Virus record (IMG/VR): IMGVR_UViG_3300037245_001295
Location: 1 to 64,000 of that record
DNA: 64,000 bases
Direction: 5' to 3' (one strand)
Source: a virus
The position numbers and the translations under genes are program-made. The notes under the pieces are model-generated. The model saw only the letters and a list, made by a program, of their open reading frames with translations, was not told the origin of the DNA and ran no database searches. Positions 26,990 through 35,834 of this stretch are shown here, in pieces; position 1 is the stretch's first letter; each line of letters opens with the position of its first letter.

Positions 26990-27523
26990 ATGAAAAAACA
27001 CATCCTTTCAATACTAGGAGTTGCTTATGTTTGCTTTGCTCTCATTATGGCGACGAGTAGTCAAGTTATTCCGGTCGGTAGCGACGGCCCTATCCCAGGG
27101 CACAAAGATCGTCTGGAGCAAGAAAATCGAAGAGGCGACGGATATAGCCAACGATTACCTGGACCAGCAAGGTCGTCCGAAGCTGAACGACAGTTCGGCT
27201 GGCGACCCGAGTATCTCCAAGAAGCCAAGGACGAGGCTGCTGAACCTCAGGCGGTGACGCCAATTTTTCAACCCAATTGCATGATCCTGTGGACGGCTGA
27301 GTGGTGCCCCTCTTGCAAAAGCATGTATCCGATTGCTAAGATACTGCAAGCTGAGGGTTACACAGTCTACGTCCTGGACCTCGACAAAAACAAGAAACTT
27401 GCCAAAGAGATGCGGATTCAAGCCGTGCCGACAACTTTGATTCGGCGCGATGGTGTTGAAGTTACACGTCGAATTGGCACCGTCGCCTTAGCCGAGATCA
27501 AGAGAACCCTAACGAAGAATTGA
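26990..27523 (+). CDS. Thioredoxin-domain protein with N-terminal signal/TM
   Basis: WCPSC active site; AVPT cis-Pro motif. Confidence 0.85.
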   Translation: MKKHILSILGVAYVCFALIMATSSQVIPVGSDGPIPGHKDRLEQENRRGDGYSQRLPGPARSSEAERQFGWRPEYLQEAKDEAAEPQAVTPIFQPNCMILWTAEWCPSCKSMYPIAKILQAEGYTVYVLDLDKNKKLAKEMRIQAVPTTLIRRDGVEVTRRIGTVALAEIKRTLTKN

Positions 27524-27837
27524 CAATGACAATCAGTGAAATCATTATCTTAGCCCTCGCCGTATCGTCAATGTCGATGACTGTCACTACGTCGATCGCC
27601 CTGGGGTGGTTGCGAACATTGGTTTCCAAGCTCGGCCCAATGTCTACGGGGTTGATCCACTGCCCGTACTGCCTTAGCCATTGGCTGGCAGCGATTGTTA
27701 CCTTAGCCTGGGTCAAAGGTCCGGTGAGTGAGTTAATTGTAACGGGCTTTGCAATCGTAACTATTGCAAGCCTGACATCCTTAGGAATCACACATTTCTT
27801 TTTGGCACTAGATGCCTTAGACAGGAGTGAAGAATGA
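27520..27837 (+). CDS. DUF1360-like membrane protein
   Basis: LIHCPYCLSHWLA between TM helices. Confidence 0.65.
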   Translation: MTMTISEIIILALAVSSMSMTVTTSIALGWLRTLVSKLGPMSTGLIHCPYCLSHWLAAIVTLAWVKGPVSELIVTGFAIVTIASLTSLGITHFFLALDALDRSEE

Positions 27838-28151
27838 ACTTCGCACGAAAAGCACAACGAGTAGCTAGACGACAACATCGGCGTGGACTCATCACCCGAG
27901 AAGAATACGATAAGGTAAAGGAAGCCGTCCGTGACCCAGAGATCGTGGAGAAGTGGCAGGCCGAAGTTGAGAAGCAACTGGTGCCGCCGTGGAAGGCTAA
28001 GACCGGCAAGATTGATTGGGCGGCTATTTGGGATTGGTTCATTCGGAACTGGCCCACGATTCAAGCCATCCTGTTTAAGCTGCTTCCGCTGCTTATCCTG
28101 GAGCCGAATCCGTCCGAGCGTAAATCCGAGCGTAAACCCGAAGGAGAGTAA
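27834..28151 (+). CDS. Hypothetical protein with amphipathic Trp-rich helix
   Basis: IDWAAIWDWFIRNWPTI segment. Confidence 0.7.
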   Translation: MNFARKAQRVARRQHRRGLITREEYDKVKEAVRDPEIVEKWQAEVEKQLVPPWKAKTGKIDWAAIWDWFIRNWPTIQAILFKLLPLLILEPNPSERKSERKPEGE

Positions 28152-28152
28152 G

Positions 28153-28587
28153 ATGAAGATCAAGAATCCCGCACGCCACTTGCCGCACTACGCTATCCGA
28201 ATCCATTTCTCGGATGGGACGCAGATGAACAAGCGAGGCTCGGCCCAACCTGAGATTGACGTTCCAGTTGAAAAAGGCGAGTATCTGGCCCTAGTCTTTG
28301 AGTGCCTCAACAGTGCCAGAGAGACGCAGATCAAGCTGCTGTTTGTTGATGGGGCGTGGGTTGACTTTAGCGAGGCGGCGCTGGCAGAGATGTTAGCCCC
28401 CAAGCCCGAACCCAAGCCCGAGCCAGTGCCGGCGTCAAAAGAAGAGACATGTGGCCCCGACATTGCAATGTCTGAGCCCAAGCCCAAGCCCAAGCCCAAT
28501 CGCAAGCGTAAGCCAGTCGAGCGTAAGCCCGAACCCAGAGATGAAGACGCCGATGATGATGGCCGGTTCGGCCTTGGTTGCAACTAA
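28153..28587 (+). CDS. Hypothetical protein with PK/PE-rich tail
   Basis: AGGAG RBS; low-complexity C-terminus. Confidence 0.7.
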   Translation: MKIKNPARHLPHYAIRIHFSDGTQMNKRGSAQPEIDVPVEKGEYLALVFECLNSARETQIKLLFVDGAWVDFSEAALAEMLAPKPEPKPEPVPASKEETCGPDIAMSEPKPKPKPNRKRKPVERKPEPRDEDADDDGRFGLGCN

Positions 28588-28611
28588 CAGGATTCTAACG
28601 AAGAGTAAGCA

Positions 28612-30279
28612 ATGGGCGAGTTACAGGACGCATTCCGGGAAGCGGTCGCAGAAGGCATGAGAAGCCGCACTATGACCTCACCGTCTCGATGGGCCTGTAA
28701 TAGGCGTGTCATGGGCGGGAACTTTCCAGGGCCGTATGGGTACGGAGCACACCCGTGGTGTAAGGAGATTCAGGACGCAACATCAGCATACATCGTAGCT
28801 ATGAAGGCCGCACAAATGGGCGTCACCGAAGTCGCCATCAATCAAGCCTTTTATGTTGTGGACGTGCTACGGAAGGATGTCCTGTATGTCCTCCCAACTT
28901 TAAGCAACGCCAGTGACTTTTCCAAGGCCCGGTTTAACACAGCACTACTGTACAGCCCGTACTTGGATCAACTTTTCACGGACACTAACACCGTTGGATT
29001 GAAGCAGGCAGGTGGAGTTAATCTCTACATCAGAGGCTCGCGTGGCGACTCGAACTTGAAGTCGGTCCCTGTCTCGACGCTCATCCTTGATGAAGTAAAC
29101 GAGATGGACCAGAAGCAAATCTGGTTGGCTTTGGAAAGGTTGTCAGGATATGACAAGAAGTCAGTGATGGCCATATCCACGCCGACCATTCCTAAGTTTG
29201 GAGTCCACAAACTTTATGAGCAAGGGTCGCAAGAGCACTACATGTTCAAGTGCCCACACTGCGGACGGATGACAGAGTTAGTGTGGCCAGATTGTTTTGA
29301 ACTAATCGGTGAGACTGTTTCCGACCCACGTTGCAAAGAGTCTTACCTGAAATGTAAGGAATGCGATCACAAACTTAGCCACAAAAATAAAGCTGAGTGG
29401 CTTAACCTAGATAACTGTAACTGGGAATCGACGGTGCGGTGCGATGAAGATTTTCGCAGCTTCCTAATCAACCAGTTGTACAGTTACACAGTGTCCCCAG
29501 GGGAAATTGCAGTAGCACATTTCAGAGGTCTGGGTGATGAAGCTGCAATGGTTGAGTTCCACAATTCAAAGCTAGGCCAACCGTATGTACCGGCAGGTGG
29601 TTTAGTCACAGACACCGAACTTGAACGTGCGGTCGCTGGGTACACGAAGAATGACGCCAGACCGGCATTTGGAGGCGACAGGTGCATTTGCATGGGGATT
29701 GACCAAGGTAAAGTAAACAACATCGTCGTAATGGAATATTTCTTTGATCGGTTTGACCACGACTTAAACGCCGCTGCGTTTGGAAAGCTGTTGTGGGAGG
29801 GCAAGGTTCCTGGCGACGATTTTGAACATCTCGATAAATTGATGCGAGAATGGCAAGTCTTGGCCTGCGTAATAGACCCCGATCCACAGATCAATGATGC
29901 CAGACGGTTTGCACGACGCTTCCCAGGTTACGTTTATCTGTGCCGATACCGAGCAGGGGTTACTGGCAAAGAACTGCAACTTAGCGAGGAAGACGGCGGC
30001 GCACCTATAGCTACTGTTGACCGAACTAACTGGTTGGACGCGGCCCTTGGGCGTTTTCATAGCGGGCGGATTCAAATTCCCGCTGACACAAGTTTAGAAT
30101 TCAAAACGCACATGAAGAATGTAGTCAGAACCTATGAGAAGGACAGCTTGAACAACCCCCGAGCCGTCTATATCAACACCGGCGCCGACCACTTTGTGCA
30201 TGCCCTTACATACGCAGAAGTGGCCCTACCGCTCGCAGCGGGAATCGTCACTAACAAAGACATTGGAGCGTTCTTATGA
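28612..30279 (+). CDS. terL: Terminase large subunit (GpA-like)
   Basis: KAAQMGVTE Walker A variant, LILDE Walker B, ISTP, Zn ribbon, MGID nuclease, DHFVHA. Confidence 0.92.
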   Translation: MGELQDAFREAVAEGMRSRTMTSPSRWACNRRVMGGNFPGPYGYGAHPWCKEIQDATSAYIVAMKAAQMGVTEVAINQAFYVVDVLRKDVLYVLPTLSNASDFSKARFNTALLYSPYLDQLFTDTNTVGLKQAGGVNLYIRGSRGDSNLKSVPVSTLILDEVNEMDQKQIWLALERLSGYDKKSVMAISTPTIPKFGVHKLYEQGSQEHYMFKCPHCGRMTELVWPDCFELIGETVSDPRCKESYLKCKECDHKLSHKNKAEWLNLDNCNWESTVRCDEDFRSFLINQLYSYTVSPGEIAVAHFRGLGDEAAMVEFHNSKLGQPYVPAGGLVTDTELERAVAGYTKNDARPAFGGDRCICMGIDQGKVNNIVVMEYFFDRFDHDLNAAAFGKLLWEGKVPGDDFEHLDKLMREWQVLACVIDPDPQINDARRFARRFPGYVYLCRYRAGVTGKELQLSEEDGGAPIATVDRTNWLDAALGRFHSGRIQIPADTSLEFKTHMKNVVRTYEKDSLNNPRAVYINTGADHFVHALTYAEVALPLAAGIVTNKDIGAFL

Positions 30280-32075
30280 GCAAAGCCTTCTCAGTCACCG
30301 AGTCACGGCATCCGAGATACTTCCATGATACGCCATTCTGGTTCAAGTGGAGAGAGGTTTACGATGGTGGGGACGCTTATGTTGACCAATATCTCAACAA
30401 GTTCACTGAACGTGAGACGCCGGAAGATTTTACCAATCGCCGGGCAATAACACCCATCCCCACTTACGCAAAAGCAGCAGTGAACGATGTGCGTAATGCC
30501 ATTTTCCAGCGGATGCGAGACATCACGCGGCGAGATGGGTCCGATGCCTATATGCGAGCAGTAGCGGGCGAGCGAGGTGGTGTTGACTTGGAAGGTAGTA
30601 CGATGAATGGCTTCCTTGGTATCAACATTCTAACCGAATTACTTGTCATGGGCAAAGTCGGGATGTACATTGACATGCCGCAACTGACCGGGCCTACCCT
30701 TGCTGACATTGGGGACGCACGGCCTTACCTGTACATGTACCAAGTGGAAGACATCCTAGCATGGTCACAGTCCAAGCCAGAGGAACCGGGCGAGTTTCAA
30801 TCTCTCCTCCTGCGAGACAAGGGTATAGACTTCACGCAGCACGATATGTACGATCTCCAATTGCCCGGCGGTGAGTACGAGCGATACAGATTGATTTGGA
30901 TAGACAAAGAGACTGGCTTCGTCAATGTTCAATTTTATGACGCCGAGTCAGTTCCGATTGACAAAGACGGCGAGTACACGGATGAAGGGCCAATTGAATT
31001 ATCGCTACAACGGATTCCATTCGTTATGCTGGACATCGGTGACAGTCTTTTGAAGGATGTCTCTAACCATCAAGCAGCCTTACTAAATCTAACCTCCGCT
31101 GACGTGTCGTATGCTCTGAAATCAAACTTCCCGTTCTACACCGAACAGCGGGACGCACGGGCTGTTGGCGACCACTTGAAAACCACCATGAACCCAGATG
31201 GAACGGCGATGGCTGGCGGACAACGAGCTTCTGACCGGGAAGTAATCACAGGAGTTACGCACGGGCGAACTTACGACCTGAAGGCTGACCGACCTAAGTT
31301 CATCCACCCATCCCCCGAGCCTCTAGAGGCTTCGCTCAAGCTACAGGAGAAGCTCGAAGATGACATCCGTAAGCTGGTTAATTTGGCAGTAACGAACAAG
31401 ATCGGTAAGCGAGCCACTTCCGCCGAAGCTCTGCAAATGAGTGACCAAGGGTTGGAAGCCGGACTATCCTTCATTGGACTGGTACTGGAAAGTGGAGAGA
31501 GAAAAATCACCAGCCATTGGGCGGCGTATGAAGAACGCCAACCTGCGAGCAGGGAAATCGCCACGATCAAATACCCTGATCGGTACAGCTTGAAGACAGA
31601 TGCCGATCGCATCTCCGAGGCTGGTAAACTGGCCGAGTTGATGTTCAAAGTACCGGGCCGGAGCGTCAAGAAAGAGATTGCTAAGGGCATTGTATCCGCT
31701 CTGCTTTCAGGCCGTGTAAACACCGCGAAGATGGACGACGTGTTTAAGGAAGTTGACGCAGCCAACTATGCCACCAGCGATCCAAAGACCATCCTCGATG
31801 CCTTAGAGGCTGGGGCGTGCGGTGAGCAGGTGGCGTCGATTGCACTCGGCTTCGATGACGATGAATACCTGCAAGCCCGTGAAGATCATGCGGCCCGAGC
31901 CGTAAGAGTTTTGGCGGCACAAACGGCAGCCAGTGCTGGTAACAATCCAGCAGCCAGGGGTGTGGCCGACCTGTCGGCCGACCCAGGGAGAGAGGGGTCG
32001 GAGGAGCGCAGTGCGGCTTTAGATACCACGCTGAAGGATACTGCGGCTAAGCCAGTTCGTGGCGAAGGTAAGTGA
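30276..32075 (+). CDS. Portal protein
   Basis: Directly after TerL; 599 aa; W..VYDGG..Y..RET..F..R pattern of siphophage portals. Confidence 0.85.
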   Translation: MSKAFSVTESRHPRYFHDTPFWFKWREVYDGGDAYVDQYLNKFTERETPEDFTNRRAITPIPTYAKAAVNDVRNAIFQRMRDITRRDGSDAYMRAVAGERGGVDLEGSTMNGFLGINILTELLVMGKVGMYIDMPQLTGPTLADIGDARPYLYMYQVEDILAWSQSKPEEPGEFQSLLLRDKGIDFTQHDMYDLQLPGGEYERYRLIWIDKETGFVNVQFYDAESVPIDKDGEYTDEGPIELSLQRIPFVMLDIGDSLLKDVSNHQAALLNLTSADVSYALKSNFPFYTEQRDARAVGDHLKTTMNPDGTAMAGGQRASDREVITGVTHGRTYDLKADRPKFIHPSPEPLEASLKLQEKLEDDIRKLVNLAVTNKIGKRATSAEALQMSDQGLEAGLSFIGLVLESGERKITSHWAAYEERQPASREIATIKYPDRYSLKTDADRISEAGKLAELMFKVPGRSVKKEIAKGIVSALLSGRVNTAKMDDVFKEVDAANYATSDPKTILDALEAGACGEQVASIALGFDDDEYLQAREDHAARAVRVLAAQTAASAGNNPAARGVADLSADPGREGSEERSAALDTTLKDTAAKPVRGEGK

Positions 32076-32079
32076 TAAC

Positions 32080-32409
32080 ATGCTGCCAGTGAAAATTTCC
32101 AAAAGCTCGATCCCTGATAAGGTTTATCATGGTCATAAGACAGTGGGGGCTTCCATCGTTCAATTCGATGAGGTTGCTCCGAAACTGGTCTTTGGCTTGG
32201 TACTCAGAACCCCGGGCCGAGATGACCCGGTAACAAACTCTGCACCAATATGGGTTGGTGGCTCCAATGTTACTGCCGACTCCGACCCAGGTACGGGTGG
32301 TTTTCCGCTGGTCCCCGGCGCCTCCCTGTCCTTGAGTGTGGAAGATGCGAAGCACTTGTATTTCATTAGCACTGTTGCCGACCAAAGTATCATGTGGATA
32401 GGTAACTGA
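32080..32409 (+). CDS. Small beta-rich virion protein
   Basis: N..PIWVGG..VT..GFPL.PG pattern. Confidence 0.6.
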   Translation: MLPVKISKSSIPDKVYHGHKTVGASIVQFDEVAPKLVFGLVLRTPGRDDPVTNSAPIWVGGSNVTADSDPGTGGFPLVPGASLSLSVEDAKHLYFISTVADQSIMWIGN

Positions 32410-32444
32410 ATCAGGAAACAACCAAGCGATAACGAGGAATTCAC

Positions 32445-32969
32445 ATGTACACATACTACGGCACAATCGCGGACGCTGATGAATACTTCGACAACCGACT
32501 CCACGAGGAGGCTTGGACGGATGCGTCTACGGATGATAGACGGAAGGCTTTGATCGCCGCCACTGTCATTATTGACGCACTCAACTACCGGGGTCAGAAG
32601 GCCGCCGTTTACGATATTATGTACGACGACGATGGTATCCTATTGGATGTCACCGATGAAGAACTCAGAGACGCCGACTGGTCGCAGGACTTAGAGTTCC
32701 CGCGAGACTCGGATGTTGATGTTCCAGAGGAGATCGAAATCGCCTCCTGGGAAATCGCCCACGCCCTTTTGGACGGGGTCGATCCTGACCTTGAACTTGA
32801 AAATCTTGGAGTGGTCAGCCAAGGAATTGCGTCAGTCAGAACGACGTACAATCGGAATCACACGCAGGTTGAACACCTGATAAACGGGATTCCCAGTGCC
32901 ACAGCGTGGAGGTACCTACGCCCCTTCCTGCGTGACAGTAGCGCAATTAAATTCAGTAGGGTAGACTAA
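32445..32969 (+). CDS. Head-tail adaptor-like protein (DnaT-like family)
   Basis: Y.TIADADEYF..R..W..ALI.AT..ID..Q.LEFPR motif. Confidence 0.75.
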   Translation: MYTYYGTIADADEYFDNRLHEEAWTDASTDDRRKALIAATVIIDALNYRGQKAAVYDIMYDDDGILLDVTDEELRDADWSQDLEFPRDSDVDVPEEIEIASWEIAHALLDGVDPDLELENLGVVSQGIASVRTTYNRNHTQVEHLINGIPSATAWRYLRPFLRDSSAIKFSRVD

Positions 32970-32989
32970 CACATGTTAGGAGAGTGACG

Positions 32990-33937
32990 ATGTCGAACGA
33001 CAAACTGTACAACTTGATCTGGACGAAGCCGACCCTGGCCTGCTACGAAGGCGATGGTGGAGACGGTGGAGATGGTGGAGATGGTGGAGATGGTGGTGGA
33101 GATGCTGGCGACCCTTTGGCCGACCGCGCGCAGGCCGCCCAAGCTGCTGCGGATCAAGCCCGCGATGATGCCGCTCGTGCAGCCGCAGATGCTCGGCTCG
33201 CTGCCGATGCCGCCCGTAAGGACTCTGAGAAAAGCTTTTCTCAGAAGGATTTGAATGCCTTCCTGGCCGAGGACAGACGCAAGCATCAGGAGAAGTACAC
33301 TAAACTGGAAGGCAGCATGAAGACGATGCTGGAAGACACGAATTTGCAAAAAGAGCAGCGAGCAAGGATTGAATCTGAGCTTCAGGATTTGCAGGCTTCT
33401 CAACGCACCGCTAAGCAGCAGGCTGAGTACGAGCGTAAGCAAGAGCGTGAGGAGTTTACCACGGAGGTGGAAAGCCTAAAAGATCAGGTCGGTCAGTGGG
33501 AAAGTTTGTACAAAACCTCTGTTGTTGACCGGTCGCTTCAGGATGCGGCCATTGCTCAGGGCGCATTTAACCCTTCGCAGATTATGGGGTTGCTCCGCCC
33601 GATGACTCGTATGCAGGAACAGACTGACGACAGTGGAAATCCGCTTGGTCAGTTCACGCCTATCATTGATTTCTCCGACATAAACGAAGCAAGCGGAGAG
33701 GAAGAAACCACACTAAGAACCCCCGAACAAGCTGTACAACGCATGAAGGAGTTGCCGCAACTTTACGGTAACCTCTTTCGCTCAAACGTTGTAAGTGGTA
33801 TCGGGTCAGGTTCCGCAACCGGCGGCGTCAAGTCGGGCGAAGGCCGTATTGATCCTACGAAGTTGACTGCTGAGCAGTATCGTAAGGTTCGCAGGGAAAA
33901 CCCAGAAGCCCTGGGCCTAAAGCGTCGAGACGTATAA
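32990..33937 (+). CDS. Capsid scaffolding protein
   Basis: Acidic DGG repeats, FSQKDLN motif, coiled coil, directly before capsid gene. Confidence 0.8.
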   Translation: MSNDKLYNLIWTKPTLACYEGDGGDGGDGGDGGDGGGDAGDPLADRAQAAQAAADQARDDAARAAADARLAADAARKDSEKSFSQKDLNAFLAEDRRKHQEKYTKLEGSMKTMLEDTNLQKEQRARIESELQDLQASQRTAKQQAEYERKQEREEFTTEVESLKDQVGQWESLYKTSVVDRSLQDAAIAQGAFNPSQIMGLLRPMTRMQEQTDDSGNPLGQFTPIIDFSDINEASGEEETTLRTPEQAVQRMKELPQLYGNLFRSNVVSGIGSGSATGGVKSGEGRIDPTKLTAEQYRKVRRENPEALGLKRRDV

Positions 33938-34027
33938 AGAAAGGGGTCACGGCAATATCCAATGTAGGATATTGAACTGTTGTCACCGCCCAGTATGGGC
34001 AAAAGTAACCAATTAGGAGAAAGCACT

Positions 34028-35446
34028 ATGAATATGCTTTACAGCCACCCCGTCATGGCTTGTTATGCCAATGACAACGATGCGTTGATCCCGGAACTGT
34101 GGGCTCAGGAAGGTCTTGCCATTCTCGAAGAGAACATGGTCATGGCTCGTCTGGTCCACCGGGACTTCAGTAACGTAGTCGCCCAATTTGGCGACGTTGT
34201 GAACACACGTCGGCCCGGAACTTTCACGGCTAAGCGGAAGACCGACTCTGACAGTGTCACCAATCAGGATGCCGTCGCGACCAACGTGCAGGTTCCTCTG
34301 GATCAGCACGTCTACGTGTCCTTCACCATCAAGGATGGTGAGGCCAGCAAGTCCTTCCAGGACTTGGTCGAGATGTACCTGACGCCCGCCGCGCAGGAAA
34401 TCGCTAGCTCGGTTGACCGCATTCTGTGTGGTCAGGTCCATGAGTTCCTCACCAACAACGTTGGTCAACTTCAGACGATGGACTCCACGAATGCGAAGTC
34501 CTATCTGTTGGCCGCGCGTGAGAAGATGAACCAGAACAAGGCCTACGCCGGTGGACGGAACATGGTTCTTTCGCCTGCGTCGGAAACTGACCTTCTGGAA
34601 ACGGAACTGTTCGTCAGTGCTGAGAAGCGCGGCGACGATGGAACCGCTCTGCGTGAAGCCAGCCTGGGCCGTGTCTTTGGTTTCGATACCTACATGGACC
34701 AGAACATTCCGAGCCTCTTGCAGGCTAGCACGGACAACGCCCCTGGCGTACTCAATGGCGGTGAGCCTCTTGGCGAAACCGTCCTGGCCGTGACCATTCT
34801 GGCCTACACGGTCGTGGATGGTGAGTATGTCTGGATCGAAGGCGAAGGTAAGCCGCATGTCGTGTCGGCCGCCACGGATGACGCCACGGACACCAGCAGC
34901 ATCACGCTGGTCTCTGGCTTGACCGCAGCCGGCGTTGACACGAATGCAGTCGTCGTGTGGAAGTCGTGTCAAGTGGATGGCATTCATGCTTCCGGCTACT
35001 CGAAGGGCATCGCTCTTGACCTCTCGAACGCCGTGATGACAGAGCCGCCGCAGGTTGGCCAGTTGCTCGCGTTCGCGGAAGGTGCGAGTCGTCATGTGTA
35101 CACGATTATCGGCATCGCCGTTGATCCCGACGACGCAACCCGCCACTTGGCGTGGTTGGATCGCCCGCTGGCCGCAGCCTTGGCTGACAACGACATCGCG
35201 TTCCCCGGCCCGTCTGGTTCGTTCAACTTTGCGTTCCACCGCAATGCTCTCGCGCTCGTTACACGTCCGCTGGCTCTGCCGAATACCGCTCTTGGTGTCC
35301 GGTCGGCCGTTGGTGCGTACAACGACGTGGCCATGCGGGTTTCGATGCAGTACGACATCAGTGCCCAGGGCACGATCGTGACGGCTGACCTGCTCTGCGG
35401 AGTGGCTAAGCTGGATGCCAACCTCGGTTGCATCATGCTCGGATAA
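34028..35446 (+). CDS. Major capsid protein (P22 coat-like) with insertion domain
   Basis: PELWA.E.L..L..VHRDF..GD.V..RP; FAFHRNALALVTRPL; D.L.G C-terminus. Confidence 0.9.
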   Translation: MNMLYSHPVMACYANDNDALIPELWAQEGLAILEENMVMARLVHRDFSNVVAQFGDVVNTRRPGTFTAKRKTDSDSVTNQDAVATNVQVPLDQHVYVSFTIKDGEASKSFQDLVEMYLTPAAQEIASSVDRILCGQVHEFLTNNVGQLQTMDSTNAKSYLLAAREKMNQNKAYAGGRNMVLSPASETDLLETELFVSAEKRGDDGTALREASLGRVFGFDTYMDQNIPSLLQASTDNAPGVLNGGEPLGETVLAVTILAYTVVDGEYVWIEGEGKPHVVSAATDDATDTSSITLVSGLTAAGVDTNAVVVWKSCQVDGIHASGYSKGIALDLSNAVMTEPPQVGQLLAFAEGASRHVYTIIGIAVDPDDATRHLAWLDRPLAAALADNDIAFPGPSGSFNFAFHRNALALVTRPLALPNTALGVRSAVGAYNDVAMRVSMQYDISAQGTIVTADLLCGVAKLDANLGCIMLG

Positions 35447-35456
35447 ACCCCTTACC

Positions 35457-35497
35457 ACCGGGCGGGCGAAAGCTCGCCCGCCCGGTTTCTTTTGTTT
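35457..35497 (+). terminator. Rho-independent terminator after capsid gene
   Basis: ACCGGGCGGGCGA-AAGC-TCGCCCGCCCGGT then T-rich run. Confidence 0.9.
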
Positions 35498-35510
35498 AAG
35501 GGGGCGTCCC

Positions 35511-35834
35511 ATGGAAATACTTTTTGCAGCAGCAGGTTCGGAAATGCTGACAGAATTACTCGCCAACTTTGGTCCTCTTGTCGGCATTGTGCTGTTTTTC
35601 ATTTGGCGCGATTGGAAACGAGAAGACGCGCTTTCCACAAGAGTTGAAAAACTCGAAGACTACCAGCGAGACACTTTGTTCAGTCTGGTAGAACGGTCTA
35701 CAACAGCTTTGGCCCAAAACGCAGAATGTCTGAGTTGGGTTGCACACGTAATGGAGCGGCTCTGTAACCGCTGTCCATACATCGAAGCAAGTGACGCACC
35801 TGAAGGAGTCAGAGATGTTGAGCGGCGTAAATAG
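35511..35834 (+). CDS. Single-TM protein with coiled coil (holin-like or hypothetical)
   Basis: FGPLVGIVLFFIWRD..RE then helix. Confidence 0.6.
   Translation: MEILFAAAGSEMLTELLANFGPLVGIVLFFIWRDWKREDALSTRVEKLEDYQRDTLFSLVERSTTALAQNAECLSWVAHVMERLCNRCPYIEASDAPEGVRDVERRK

Noticed and set aside
27027-27257. Rz/Rz1 spanin pair
   Set aside because: The nested ORF has no lipobox cysteine and the outer gene is a thioredoxin
34013-35638. 541-aa antisense ORF (also 41602-42594 and similar)
   Set aside because: Shadow of strongly codon-biased capsid and tape measure genes; no motifs
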